Shown one piece after another: positions 36,917 through 49,800 of a stretch of DNA of 64,000 nt. Each line of letters opens with the position of its first letter. The first letter of the stretch is position 1. Origin of the DNA: Klebsormidium nitens. Its lineage: Eukaryota; Plantae; Klebsormidiophyceae. The notes beneath the pieces are model-generated. The model was not told where the DNA came from, searched no databases, and saw nothing but the letters and a program-made list of their open reading frames with translations. Where the stretch lies: NCBI GenBank assembly GCA_000708835.1, contig DF237036.1, forward strand, positions 124,001 through 188,000, in the 5' to 3' direction. The translations under genes and the position numbers were made by a program.

Positions 36917-39627
36917 ATGGCTAACCTGTCTGTCACTGTCAGTTACACCACCACTTTGCTCTTGAGCTTACTCTTTTGTTGCCTAGTATTACATGCAGAA
37001 GCGCGGAGCTTGCGCGTTGTACATCTAGCTCACTATTTTGAACCAGTTACAATCAAAGACTCCGTTTCATTAAGGAGCACAGAGTCTCAGCAATCTGCGC
37101 AAGAATTAGAAGCAGCTCCATTACGCTTGAAGCAAGTTCTGCGTGGCGGCCAGCTGGGAAGACGCACGCTTTCTTTTGACAAAGGCAGAGCGCGTGAGTT
37201 GGAAACTGTTGACGCCGTGTTTACTCGGATACAAGAAGAATCTTCAAGACCGGAAGGTGGTGTCAAGGGCAATGGAGATAAAGGAATAGCGCCGGAAAGG
37301 GAACGTGACAGAAGCCTTGTGATTGAGAATGAGGTAAGAGCCATCAGAAGTGGCTTCATTCTGGAAGGATTTGAACCAGCAGCCTTCCAGTGTCTTGACA
37401 GGCTGCTTTTCGCATCAGCTGAGTTTGGTTCCCTCTTTCGAACTATATTCCACTGGGCTAATCGGGCAGGGCGGGGTTGAAAATCTCTGTTTACTGTTGC
37501 TTTCCACGCCAATCACTTTCTACCACCCGCAGTTCAGCTTACACGCCCCATATATTTTGACAAAGACCGGCTTATGGTTATCCACAGCTCACTACATCTG
37601 TCACAGGTTATCTATTAGAAGACGGCTCACAAACTTGTGTGTCTGTTTCAAGCTACCACCGAAGCTGAGCTGGCTAGCTGCACGACACCTTATCATGGTG
37701 ATTATCTGATTACAGCCCAAGGGTTTTATTGGGCCGCCTGATTGACAACTTGACACACCCAGTGCTGCCAGCTCAATGTGTATCGCCATTGATTGATCCT
37801 GCCCTTTGTTTTCGAAACAAATAGGACGGCTGACAAGCATTTGGAGATGTAGGGACACCGTGTGATAGGACTTCATTGTCAGCTCCTGCGAGAATCAAGC
37901 CCATTTCGCAGAGAATCGTGGGTCAGAATCTGTTCCACGGTCTACATCTTGGGAATTTCTTTATTTCTTTGATCTATTGCAAAGAAAGAGTTCAAGTACA
38001 GCAGGCTTTGCAATCAAAACAATCCACGAGCAGCACTGAAAATTCCTATGTCACTGTCATTTCCCCTAGGCAACCAAGTTCGGTACTGTATTTTACACTT
38101 GAGATAGACATTCACTCAGTGGTCGTTGATGACTTTGTTACCATTTTTCACGTGACCACCATTCTGAGCCCTGGTCACAGTTCATTCTACAGGCGATGAT
38201 TGTCATGGTCGTGACTGAATCCTCTGACAACTGTTGAAAGCTGGCTGAGGTCCTCATTACTTCCTTTTTAATGCTGGAATCTGATATGCAGTCTTATGAG
38301 ATTGTTGGAGGAGGGAATGCACGGTAAAATGCAAGCGACCTTTCTACAAGCATTTCGAAACTGGGTTTCGAGTGGCAGCGATTCTAAGCACAGCTGTTGA
38401 CATCGTAATGACTGGGCTTTCAGCGTTTTTCTTCTGGTCAGGTTGTTTTTTCCATCCGTGCAGGACGAAGGAAAGCTCGACATGCCACCCTTCCCTCCTC
38501 GTCGAACACCGACCCCAGAACCCACTCCCGAACCAACTCCTGAACCAACTCCCAAACCCACTCCTAAGCCGACTCCAAAGCCCACTCCAAAACCCACTCC
38601 CAAACCCACGCCCAAACCCACCTCGAAACCCACTCCAAAGCCGACTCCAAAACCAACTCCCGAACCAACCCCCAAACCGACACCCAAACCAACGCCAGAA
38701 CCAACTCCAGAACCAACGCCAAAACCGACGCCTAAACCGACCCCAAGACCGACTCCAAAACCAACGCCTAAACCAACCCCAGAACCAACCCCCAGGCCAA
38801 CCCCAAAACCAACTCCGAAACCCACTCCTGAACCAACTCCAAAACCCACGCCAAAGCCCAAGCCTACGCCTGAGCCCACTCCAAAACCGACGCCAAAACC
38901 GACTCCCAAACCCACCCCTGAACCAACCCCCGAACCCCCTCCTAAACCGACCCCAAAACCGACTCCCGAACCCACCTCCGAACCGACCCCTAAACCAACT
39001 CCGAAACCCACTTCCGAACCTACTCCTAAACCAACTCCGGAACCGACTCCTGAACCAACTCGCAGACCCACTCAAAGGCCTACGTCCAAACCGTCACCCG
39101 AGCCAACTCGTGAACCCACACCCAAACCCACTTCCGAACCTACTCCTGAACCAACTCACAAACCCACTGGCAAACCCACTGGCAAACCGTCAGCCGAGCC
39201 AACTCGGGAACCCACGCGAGAACCCACCTCTAAACCCACATCTAAACCGGGTCCGACTCCTAAACCCACACGAGAACCCCCTGAACCCCCTCCAAAGCCA
39301 AGCCCTCCTGAACCGTCGCCTTCTCCGGATCATAGGCGCCGTTATTACATTCCGGTTCCGGTCATCATACTTTTGAGTTTTCTTTGGGTGGGCTGCTTTT
39401 GTGTGCGCGATAGGATAGAAGCGACTTGGGGTTGGGCGGAGAAAGAACTAGAGCCGAGACTCAGAGACGTGGAGGCGAGTCCGTTGTTAGGGGGGGAGGA
39501 TTCCGTTGCTTCGGCCGAGGGAACGGACAGCGAAACGGAAGAGACGGAGAAGGATCGTAGGATCACGCGAACAAAGTCAACGGAATTGCGGCAAGAATCG
39601 AGCTCCGCACTCGGAAGTTCGAACTGA
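36917..39627 (+). CDS. Type I membrane Pro/Thr-rich (PTPK/PTPE repeat) HRGP/mucin-like surface protein; exons 36917-37333 and 38464-39627
   Basis: Signal peptide ([19 protein letters not shown]). Phase-0 junction GAG|gtaagag...ccgtgcag|GAC. About 270 aa of PTPK/PTPE repeats, TM helix [21 protein letters not shown], acidic cytosolic tail. Extra internal exons cannot be excluded. Confidence 0.8.
38502..39330 (+). repeat. 12-nt coding tandem repeat (PTPK/PTPE)
   Basis: CCNACNCCN(A/G)A(A/G) units with varied third positions. Confidence 0.95.
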
Positions 39628-41468
39628 GTAGAGGTTTTATAGAAGTTCTCTCGAATCTAGGGCAACGGCAAGAGCGGACAGTTAGATAAGCGATCCGTGG
39701 AAATATGGTTATGTGTACAGCCTTTGTGTTTGTGTAGTCGGGGAGTCCGGTACGGGAGCAGCCTGAGATATTATAGATAGCGACTGGAGTTAAGTTGGTC
39801 GGGTGATTTAGAGCCTGGGGCATGCAAGCATTGATTAGTTGTCGGCCCGACTGAGTTTCACGGTGCCTGTTGCTAAGTTTTTGCAGCTTAATCACAAGGT
39901 CAGCATGAGCGAACCATGGTACGGTAGAAGGTGTAAGCGAACGGTTACGTCTGATGGATCTGACAGTGGATATGACCAAACCATAATGCGTTTGGTAATC
40001 TGAGCGTACGTGGCCCGCGCTATCGTCAATCTCGAGCGAGCTTGACTTCGAGTTAGCACCGTACACGGCTGGGCGTAGGACTAGATAGGGCGGAGTTGAC
40101 CAGATTATATGACGGCATTGTAAGATATAGCCCCACCGAGAGGCATGGTGAAAATGTTGCGAAGGAGAAAGAGGACTCGAGCAGGCGCCCATTCACCCGT
40201 CTTGCTATGACTTTGGATCGATTGACTTCATCATTGCATGCATGCGTGGCATGTATCCCTGTGAAAGCCTGCAGTGCATTTGCTTCTACGCTTTGGATCG
40301 GCGCAGTGACCCGGCTGCATAATGGGCATGCGTATCTCAGTCTGAGCTAGGTATGGGGGCCATCCACCGGCAAGACTTATGAGGATCCACTGAGCCAGGC
40401 TATTTTTGGTGAGTGCGCCAATTTCGATCGTCGGCCATCTCAAATCATCACATGGTCGTGGCCGCCCGTTCCGCCTGGCGTCGCCCCAGACTTTCGAATG
40501 ATCGATATCAGAGACTCAGACACGGGCATGAGCCTGCAAGCCGACTGCCGTATCTAATTTGTGCCTCACTACCTAGTATGTTTCATCCTTTGATCCAGGT
40601 CTCGGTATAGACCCCCTGATTTGGGAATCTACTTTCGAGTTTCTGGCAGAGTTTGGAAAGATCAGTAAGCTTGAGTCAGTAGACTCGTGCCGGGCGGTTC
40701 ATGAGTAGCTTAATTCACAAGAGTGCAGTATATCAATACGCCACGCACGTCATTGAAGATCGGATATCATATTGAAACAGTATCTGTTCAATAAGCTGAG
40801 CGGCGCGGCCCAACATTGTTGTTACGCCCTTATACCCGTACACAAAACCAGACACAAATTTGTCCCTGAGATGGAACTTACATTCTCGATGCACGTTTGG
40901 AACCATGCAATGATCATCGGCGGTCACATTCAACGTTCATCAAATAAGCATGGGCGGCTTGCATAAGAATCGGACGTATGTCTCCCTCTCACGTACGGTA
41001 TATTCAGGCAAACGTCTTAGCTAAGCTTGCGGTTGTGCTTCTACAACCGTCAAGAGCAGTCCAAGACCCGAAGCCTGTTGCCTCTCAAGTCTGCATGCGC
41101 CTCTCCCTGTTCAAAGCCTGGACTTATCCTTCACATGCAACTCAAGAAGTAGAACTTCCATCAGAGAGTTGCTGCACGTACCTTCCTGATTCAAACTGAT
41201 CTCGTTTTACCTTGTACACTATATAGTCATGGCATACCTTGCTTGCTAGTATGGTCAAATTGGCTGCTTTGCTCTATCGATTATCTGGCCATCTCTATCT
41301 CACTTCATTCTATCCAAATTTTTGCCAAGTTGCTGCGCTTACACTCTCTAGGCGCCGCGGCGCCGTCCATCCTCTAAGCGTACTATACATATGTTATAGT
41401 AACACTGCCTGCTTATATTAATTCTTTTCGGGCCCTCCCGATTCGTTTCCGAGTTGAACGCCACGAGC

Positions 41469-43167
41469 TCACTCGAGGAGCGGCGACGACAAGTCGCGCT
41501 CCGACTGCCGCCGCGCCGCATAGCGTATCCTAAAGCTGCTTCTCCTGGCCCGGTTGATGAGCTCTGCTGCTATTTGCCGCGGGTAGTTCGCGTAGCAAAG
41601 CGCAGCGAAACCGAACCCAACGAGGCCCGCTAGCCCCAAACCGACCCTTATTTGCCAGCGCGAGTTTCTATCTTTGGAAGATCCTGGGGAAGGTGGTGCG
41701 GCTGAGGGGGGTAATACCGGCGGTGGAAACGGCGGTTTGGATGGGGGAAACGGCCTTGTAGGGGGGGGATGCGGGGGTAGCCGTTTGGGACTGGGGGATG
41801 GCCAAACAGGGGGGGAGGTTCTGGGGGACTTAGAGGGGGGTGGGAACGGCGAAACGGAGGGCTTTTGTGGGGGTGAAGGGGAAGAGCTTCGAACGGGGGA
41901 CGGGTGGGGCGAACGCGAGGGGGAGGCGGAGGGAAAAGGGGTTGTGGACGGAAGGGGGGATCGGCTATGAGACGGGGCGGGGCTTTTTGATGGAGAAGGG
42001 AAGGGACTGGAAGATGGGAAGGGAGATCTGGAAGGTGACGCGGTTGGGCTGACAGAGGGGGACGGGCTATGAGAAGGGGACGGACTATGAGAGGCCGCTG
42101 GGCTACGAGAGGGGGACAAGCTGTGGGATGGCGATGGACTATGTGCAGGGGACGGGCTATGGGAGGGCGCCACGCTATGTGAAGGGGACGGGCTATGTGA
42201 GGGGGACGGACTCTGAGAGGGGGCCATGCTATGCGAGGGTGAGGGGCTCCGAGAGGGGGGCGGGCTATAAGAAGGCGCTGCGCTATGAGAAGGGGACGGG
42301 CTATGTGAGGGGGACGGACTCTGAGAGGGGGCCATGCTATGCGAGGGTGAGGGGCTCCGAGAGGGGGGCGGGCTATAAGAAGGCGCTGCGCTCTGAGAAG
42401 GGGACGGAATGTGAGAGGGGAACGGGCTATAAGAGGGCGCCGCGCTATGAGCGGGACTATGAGACGGGGATGGGCTATGAGAAGGCGAAGGACTTTTTGG
42501 AAGGAACGGAGAGGCGGACGGGTAAGCACTTCGGGAGGGGGACGGCTGTGCTGACTTCGAAGGGGACGGTTGTGCTGACGTCGACGGTGAAGGGACGGCT
42601 GACGTCGATGGAGACGGGTGTGCTGACGTCGAAGGAGACGGGACTGCTGACGTAGAAGGTGACGGACTTGCTGACGCGGATGCTGGTGGACTTCTAGACG
42701 GCAAAGGGGATCGCGAAGGCGACGGGCTTTGAGATGGCCGTAGAGATGCTGACGGAGAAGCTGACGTAGACGGTGACGGGCGTGCCGACGTAGAAGGTGA
42801 CGGACTGGGGCTTCGAGAGGACGACGGAGAAAGCGACCGGCTTGGGGGGGGGCTGTGAGAAGGGGACGGTGACGCCTTTGCTGACGCACTTGGTGACGTA
42901 CTTGCCGACGGTTTTGGTGAGGCGCTTCTCGAGGGACTCGGCAGAGGACTCGGAGATTGAGACGGCGAGGGGCTTTTCGCTGGCGGGGGGGTTTGCGAGG
43001 GGCTTCCGGAGGGGGAGGGTTTCGGGGAGGGTTCGACGGGGGCAGGCGGTTTTGGCGCGGGGGGTGCGGTTTGGGGAGTGCCGAGGGGGGTGGTACGGGG
43101 GCATCTCGAGCTGGAGGATCGTTTTGGGGGAGTGCAAGTTTTCGTCGGTTCCATCAGAAACGAGTTC
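41469..43167 (-). CDS. Terminal exon of a Ser/Pro(His)-rich extensin/HRGP-like single-pass membrane protein
   Basis: Long open frame of SPSPS/SHSPSP repeats, then TM IRVGLGLAGLVGFGFAALCY and a basic tail ending DLSSPLLE*. Polypyrimidine tract and ttccttcag acceptor at 43168-70. The upstream start is uncertain. Confidence 0.85.
41690..43100 (-). repeat. Coding SP-rich repeat, including a near-identical 108-nt (36-aa) duplication
   Basis: GAAGGGGACGGGCTATGTGAGG starts at 42181 and 42289; 18-nt SHSPSP subunits. Confidence 0.9.
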
Positions 43168-44329
43168 CTGAAGGAAAGAGTATCGGTCATTTTCGTAGGA
43201 GGTATCAATGCAGGGTCATGGTTGGAAAAAGACACGGATGAGATGGGGAGTTGGAGCTTTGAAGGACGTTGTACGGAGGATTGAACGAGACGACTAAAAA
43301 GATGAGAGGATAAGCGAAGAGGCCTGCCGGAGGGCAAGAAGCAGAGGGTGTCATGGTTTTCTACGAGTTCTTTGTGGGAAGCAGTCTGACAATTGCAGAA
43401 AGACAAACCTGGTCAGTTTCTCGGACTACAAATCAACAGAAAAACCCTAGATTGAAATCGGGAATGAGCTGCCGCAGACAGCGAAGGGATTTGCAAGCGA
43501 GACACTATGTGCGGAAGGTCCAAGATATACAGAGATAAACTGCCAGAAAGAGAGCCTCAAGCCAACGAAGCAAAAGACCACAATCCAAAGGTCTGACAAA
43601 ATCTTCCGGAAACTTTGTGAACTTCCTATAATTTTGTCAAAACAGGCGGTTGAATAGATAGAGTGGGCCTCAGGTAGATAAGCGGCACATATGTTTTGAT
43701 CTTCTGTTTCTTTAGACCAATACAGACGCTCTACGGATGGTGGGCTTGACAACATCAGGTTTGAGAGTTGCAACCGAAAGCCACACACTGATGCACATGG
43801 AACGAGAGGATCACGGCGCATCTACCTTGATTATCACCGCGGAATGACCAGTTGAAGACAGAAACTGCCTCTGAAATCTGCCTTCAGTCATGTGGCACAT
43901 CAGTCGACTCTATCATGTTGCTGGTCTACCCGTTTGGTCTTCACCTACATATTTTGTGGAGTTTTAGCAGCCTTGCTAAATCTGCTTTCTGATGCCCCAG
44001 GCTGCTGCCTAAAGGTGGACCAGTCACGGCATGGCAAGTGGACAGACTATTGTCATACTTCCTTTTCTTTTGTAATTTTCTCCTTCCCTTGTCTGCTGGG
44101 AAGCTACAGCCTTGTCAGCAAGCTCAGCGCCTGCCACACTGAATCACAAATGAAAGTGTTGAAGTACTGAAAAGGAACGCTTTCAGTGAAAGCCTGAAGA
44201 ATGGACTGCCAATACGTGCAGATTAATCACCTTGTGTAGAAAACTAGGATTGGCCTTCTCCAAGTTGCCAACTCAAGGCACACCCAAGCTTAACCCATTT
44301 CCTAACCTCTTGCCAGCAATTACTCTTAC

Positions 44330-45091
44330 CTCCGGTTGCCTTCCCACTTGTGCATCCTGTCCCGCTACTCCTTCTTGCAACTTTGCCTCCTGAGCTAATG
44401 CAGCCCCTTGGCGGTTTGATGCAGCCCCTTTCCAACCGAGCTCTACGAAACCAGGCCAGCCAATTCTTAGCTCCGTCTCTAGTTCTTCAGGAGGTACGTT
44501 GTTCAAGCTCTCCTTATCTGTCTTCTCCTCTACTCTTTCTGAAAGCAGTGGTTCAGCTACATCCCTACTTCGAATCCTTGCACTCTCAGTCTGACCCATT
44601 CCTACTCTTTGCTTATCTCCATCTCTACTCTGTATCCCTAAAGTACTGTGGTGACCGGACTCGGATGCAAATGTTGAACCAGCTCTCGCCACTTCCTCAG
44701 CTGTAGCATGGGCGCTGATTGGTACAATCCTTTGCTGGTCAGCCATCTCAACGAAGCCATGCAATCGCTTCTCTTCAAGAAGCCTTTGCCTGGCACTACG
44801 AGAAGCCTGCTTCTGGAGAAACTCTTGTGCTCCTCCAACCTTCCCGCCTAACGTGGTTTTGGATTCACTATGTTCAGCTTTTGACAATTGTTCTGCCGCT
44901 TCATGATCCTCCTTAGCTACCCTTCCAGCTGGATCCGCATGGTAAGGCCTGTTTGTCCTTGCTGCGAGCGCACCTTGTGAGAGGATCAGCAGAAAGAGCA
45001 GCGAAAAGCATTGTCTATGGGGAGCAGCAAGCCTGCATTCACAGCGCTTGCTTCGAAAGGGCTTATTTCGAATCTTTGATCCGTCCATCAT
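44330..45091 (-). CDS. First exon of a secreted or membrane protein (signal peptide + charged pro-region), probably the leader of the SP-rich protein
   Basis: Signal peptide CFSLLFLLILSQGALAAR in a 254-codon open frame. The GAG|gtaaga donor at 44329 is conserved in the duplicated copy (~50740). Confidence 0.6.
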
Positions 45092-45797
45092 TCTCCTCAG
45101 CTGGTTTCATTAGCTTCAGCGCTTTGGTTGAAGTGCGCTGTGTCCACTCATCTAGCTCTTCTGAGGACCAGATTGTCCTCCTTCTATCAGGACATTCTGC
45201 GATAAGAATGCGACTGGTAAACTGTAAACCTGATGAACGCGAGGATTGATCGAGGATATACAGGCGTGCACGTTGAGAGTGATGATGTATACAGAGGTGC
45301 GCCGTGCAGCTCAGCAAAACGATGCTGCTCTGTGAATAGGGTTTCCTCGATTGTGGAGTGTGCCCTTCGTCTTCGTGCGTAACAGAAGGGGTGAAATCCA
45401 GTCAGAGCGTTACAGCGTGGCCACTTCAGCACAGCGCTCTCACGAGTCTCAGCTGGCCCGGCCACGCGACTGGTTTCCGGCGTGCGAAGCCTAGCGGCTC
45501 ACGCGGTGCACTTGAAGTTGGCCTGGTAAAAGGTCTGGCTAAGGGTTCTTGTCTTCTTCCCATTTGGTGACTCTCGCACATCCTCTGTCCTGGTTCCTCA
45601 TTTTGTCAGTGTACGTGTGGCTTTGTCCACCTTCAATTCTTAAAAGGGCGCAGCATCTGGTTTGAGGCTGGTTTGTGGAGGGGTGCCTGACGCCGTTTAC
45701 ATGCGATGAGCGAGCAAAGAGGAGGTTGTTAAACTGAGGAGTTTGTGTGTATTTTTGGGGAGAGCGTTGCAGACCTAGGCACCTGTTACGCGCCAGC

Positions 45798-47214
45798 ATG
45801 GGGAGCAAAAAAGCCAAGACAGACAGAGGCGACGCGGCAAACGACGTGTTTGAGCGCATGCCTGACAGCCTCGTGCTGAAGGTTTTCTCAAAGCTGCCGC
45901 ATGTTGGGCACGTTCTGCGGGCCGCTTCGGTGTGCCAGAGGTTTCGAGCTTTGGCCTCCCAAGTGGAGAAGCTAGTAGTTGATTTCAACAGGTTTCCGGA
46001 CACTGAGAGCTGGATAAGGCATGAGATGGGCGTCGGGCTCTTGCTGGCTCGCAGCGCAAAGGGGGCGTTGAAGGATGTAACATTTATGGCGGCTTCGAGG
46101 AGTAGCTTCACCCAGATGAGCGTGCTCTCTTGGATCACCGCGGTCAGTCCGAGCATCACGCTCTTGAAAGTAGAGGATGAGGATAGCAGGGACGATCTGG
46201 GCCGCCGCTTGGAAGCCGCGTCTCACTGCTCCCGTCTTGCAAGATTTTATCATACAGGATCCAGCGACTGTATCATGACAAGCGAGGTTATCTCCTCATG
46301 TCGTGGGGGCTTTAGGCTGCTTGAGGTCCTCAACCTCCAGAATCTTTCCACAACTAGTGAAACCGTCACCCAACTCGTGTCGCTCTGCCCCCGTCTCAGA
46401 AAGCTATATCTCGAGGGACTCCAGGGGGTGGAGCAACTTGAGCTGTCAAACAGCACTATTGAGTACGTCAGGTTGAATGCAACGACGGATTGGGGGGAGG
46501 ATTTAGGAAGCCTTCATCACGCTTGTGATGCCTGCTCTTGAAAGCCTGTCACTCGGCGACCTCGGAAACTCGCTGACATTGCGAGATGCCCCCCTGGAAA
46601 CCCTTGAGCTGTTTGAACCTCTGAACCACGCCGCCATAGATTTGGGGAGCGAGGCCGATCTAGAAAGCCTAGAGATCCATATGGATAGCTGGCCCCCAAG
46701 TGGCAACGTCTTTGCGAGGTCGTTTGCTTTCAGCCGGATATTGTCCATTCTCAAGCAGTCAATGCCAGGGTCGTTAAGGACACTGACGATGCCCTCGATT
46801 GACATCTTTGAACGGCTCTCGTGGACCCAAGCTCAAGACTTCTTCAAGCTTATAGTCAGGCTTCGGGTTTTCAACTTCATGGGCAGTTTTGCAGTCGCCT
46901 GTGGTTTTGGGGAGTCAGTGAGCAAGTCGGAGGGTATCGCTGCGCAACTTCGTGGGCTGGTGCAAGAACTCAACTTCAAAGACCTCCTTGATGTTAGCTT
47001 CTACTTAAACGTAGAGACACCGGCGTGCTTTGAGCTTATGGAGATTATGGCAAAGCGTAGCCCGGCGTTACGGTCTTTGACCGTGTATACAGATTCTGGG
47101 GTAGTGGGGTTTGAGCTGCCTGGGAGCTTCATCTCTGAGGTTGTGCGTTTCCAGCGCTCTTATCCACAGGTTAAGGTGGACATTAAGCTTCCCCATGTAT
47201 TGAGGTGCTACTAA
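45798..47214 (+). pseudogene. F-box/LRR protein paralog with a frameshift at ~46515
   Basis: Collinear with 51752-53185 along its length. The F-box (FERMPDSLVLKVFSKLPHVGHVLRAASVCQRFRAL) is intact, but alignment to WGEDVVGFQDVRLVMP shows 5 nt missing (GAT TTA GGA AGC CTT CAT C ACG CTT GTG ATG), splitting it into ORFs 45747-46541 and 46525-47214. There is no GT-AG pair to rescue the frame. Confidence 0.75.
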
Positions 47215-48899
47215 AAAGCTACCAAGACTGGATGGTAGGCCAACTCATTGACGCATGTCCTTGGCAAACCATTGATATAAGGTCATCTCATTCTTGTTTG
47301 TTCCCTGTAAGATATTCTTGACATATGCACTGGCCGGCCGGCCTGGCAAGCTGGAGTTGTGTCATGCGTGTCCGGATCGAGCCCCAATTGAGTCGAGGCC
47401 TCTGACAAAGCGTCATCGAAATGAAAAGTAGGCCGTCCATTATGGTCGAACGTCGTGCAAGTTATGCAACATGCTGTATAGTGTGCATGATGTGCATCAT
47501 AGGGCCTCGATACTTTGGAGGGGGGGCCTAGGTGCATGAGGTTGCAAACATCCCTTATTGTTTGTTCATTCTAGTGCATTGTTAGACAGCATGGCTTGTT
47601 TAGCATTGGCCTCGACTTTATTATAGGACTCGATCTATTCTGGCACGACACGTAGGGTACTTTTCCTTCGACTCACATATAGTCACGTTGGCACCGAGTT
47701 GTTACGACCGGCCGGCGTGCGTCGCATAGACCATTGCTTGAACACAGGCCATGATGTCGTGCAACACGTTGCAGCCGATTGAAAGATGCGATTCCGTCAG
47801 GCGCGGCAAGCCTGAGAACTGCGCGTTGACTATCACTTTACATAGCACTCCTACAATCCCCCGAGGGTATACTCGAGGGTGGCGAGTCCGACCAATTTAG
47901 CGTGTCAGGAGCCCGGCCAATTCCGGACCACGCTCGACACTATTGGCAAGAGACCAGGCTCAACGCTCAGCGGTAACGTTCAGCCTGGCGGCTTCATTGC
48001 ATGACTCGTGATCCTTGCGCGATGGTTATGTCTACAAGAAGGCGCTTTCAGGACTAGGTTATGCGTCATTCCTCGTCGCAACCATGCAAATCAAATGATT
48101 GAATCTACCAACTACGAAATCTTATCACCTCTGAGGTGCGCGTCTCAGATGCCCGTTGTCAGGACAAGGTCTGCTTGAAAGGCTCATTGCCTGTCTTTCT
48201 GCTAGCAATGCTTGCCACTTCGCCTGTTTCAGACTCCAATCATATTTTGGAGACGTAGACCCGTAATGATGCCTACTATAACGAGACAATAGCAGAGCGG
48301 TGGCAATTACGGCTGCCAGTGACAGACCGGTCAGCTCCTTCTTGATGGCTGAGGAGCCGAGCGTGAGGAACTATCATTGTTCCACCCCCCCGCTTACAGT
48401 CGATTATTGCATGTACCTCTTATCTTCTCGTCCTTGTGAATAAACGTCACAGGGCTGTGCTGCTGTCTCTCTCTTTTGCACATTGCAAGTTCCACCCGCA
48501 ATTGGAAAACGCGTTGTTCGTAGAGCAATATCGAACGAAGGCGCCGGGATGCATCAGTGCAATATCGAATTCAAGTCATGTGACTGGTCGTCTGGCCTGC
48601 TACGAGCATCAACGCATGCTTTTGGCGCGGCTCCCAAGCGGCCTGTCCTAGCTGCCCGCAACGTCAAGCCAATACGAACAGGCAGCCACGACACGCACCA
48701 AAACTTCGAAGCCAAGCAAGACACGTCCTGTGCATTCTAGGACCAAAGCAGAAGCGAAAGCTGAAGCTACATATGCGCATCTTCTGCATAGCATCGGAGT
48801 TCCTTCAAACAGATTGGTTCCTCAAAGGCGGCTGACTTAATAGGATCCCGGATCCATACTTCAACGTTTTGACCAGCCTTACAATCAAGGAGACCAACA

Positions 48900-49800
48900 C
48901 TAAGCAGGCGGCCCTTCTCAGACGGGTGCTTATACGTCCATCCCTTTCTCCGCTCACCGAGCAGCTTCTGTTTCAAATGTCTTCACTGCTTACCGCAGTG
49001 ACGTCTTTTGTGCGCATCTTGACAATCGGGAGTTCAGCAACAGGATTCCTGGATAGCTAGCGCGCACAAACGGACCTGTAATTGTTCTGACGAAAGGAGC
49101 TGACGTTTCCCTTGTTCAGCAGCGACGCCGAGGGAACGAGGGATGGTAGTCGTCTGCCACGTGGTAAAGCAGGATTCGATGTAGCAGGACGTCGGAACTG
49201 GCCCCGCCGTTTGAGTAGCAGCGCGGGCGGGAGGGTGTTAGAAGCATCATCCGTGGGGCCGAAGAATGAAACGGGACTCATGAACGTCCTGTAAGGGGAA
49301 GGATATACACGTAATATGCTGAGCATCAAACGAGACAAAAAAAATAAGCGATGGGTCGAAGTTGCATGCGGTTTCAAAGCTTCAGCTCTATTATAGGGCG
49401 CCATTTTTGGGACGAAGCATGTACAACACCAATGGTAAGCGTCTTGTAGGCAGGAGCGACAATAATGGCGACAGGTGTGAGCCTCAGAGACGAGAAAATG
49501 GTTGCTAAGTGCGAAGGTAGCAGCATTCTCAGAGCTACTCCAAACATACCACTTGTGGGGCGGATCGTGACTGGTTTGGTCAGCGTTCTGGAGGGAGGAG
49601 CGAAGACTGAAACCTGAGAATCGAAGTAAAGCAATTGAGAAGGAGAACAATCATGCTAAGCATCGAGCTTCTAACGCAAGGTGCATCAGTGAAAGCATCA
49701 TTTTTGTGGTCTGAAATTGGATCGAAGATCGTGAGCGTCTTGAAGACAAGAGCGAAGCGGAAGACGAGAGAGTCACGAGCTCCAAGTAAACTCATGGGAC
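48900..49800 (-). pseudogene. Fasciclin-like gene 3' fragment (paralog of exons 4-5 of the 54894-59131 gene), frameshifted
   Basis: ccttacag|RTFMSPVSFFGPTDDASNTLPPALLLK, then frameshifts across the DVLQRILLYHVADG equivalent, returning to SLLNKGNVS. No upstream exons recognised. Confidence 0.8.

Noticed and set aside
38268-39376. Long alternative-frame and antisense ORFs (GVGLGVG, WFRSRF and LQNPLLN repeats)
   Set aside because: Shadows of the 12-nt PTPK/PTPE repeat. Only the PT frame has a splice acceptor, TM helix and tail.
41648-43284. Overlapping Arg-rich and Gly-rich ORFs on both strands
   Set aside because: Shadow frames of the GC-rich Ser/Pro repeat.
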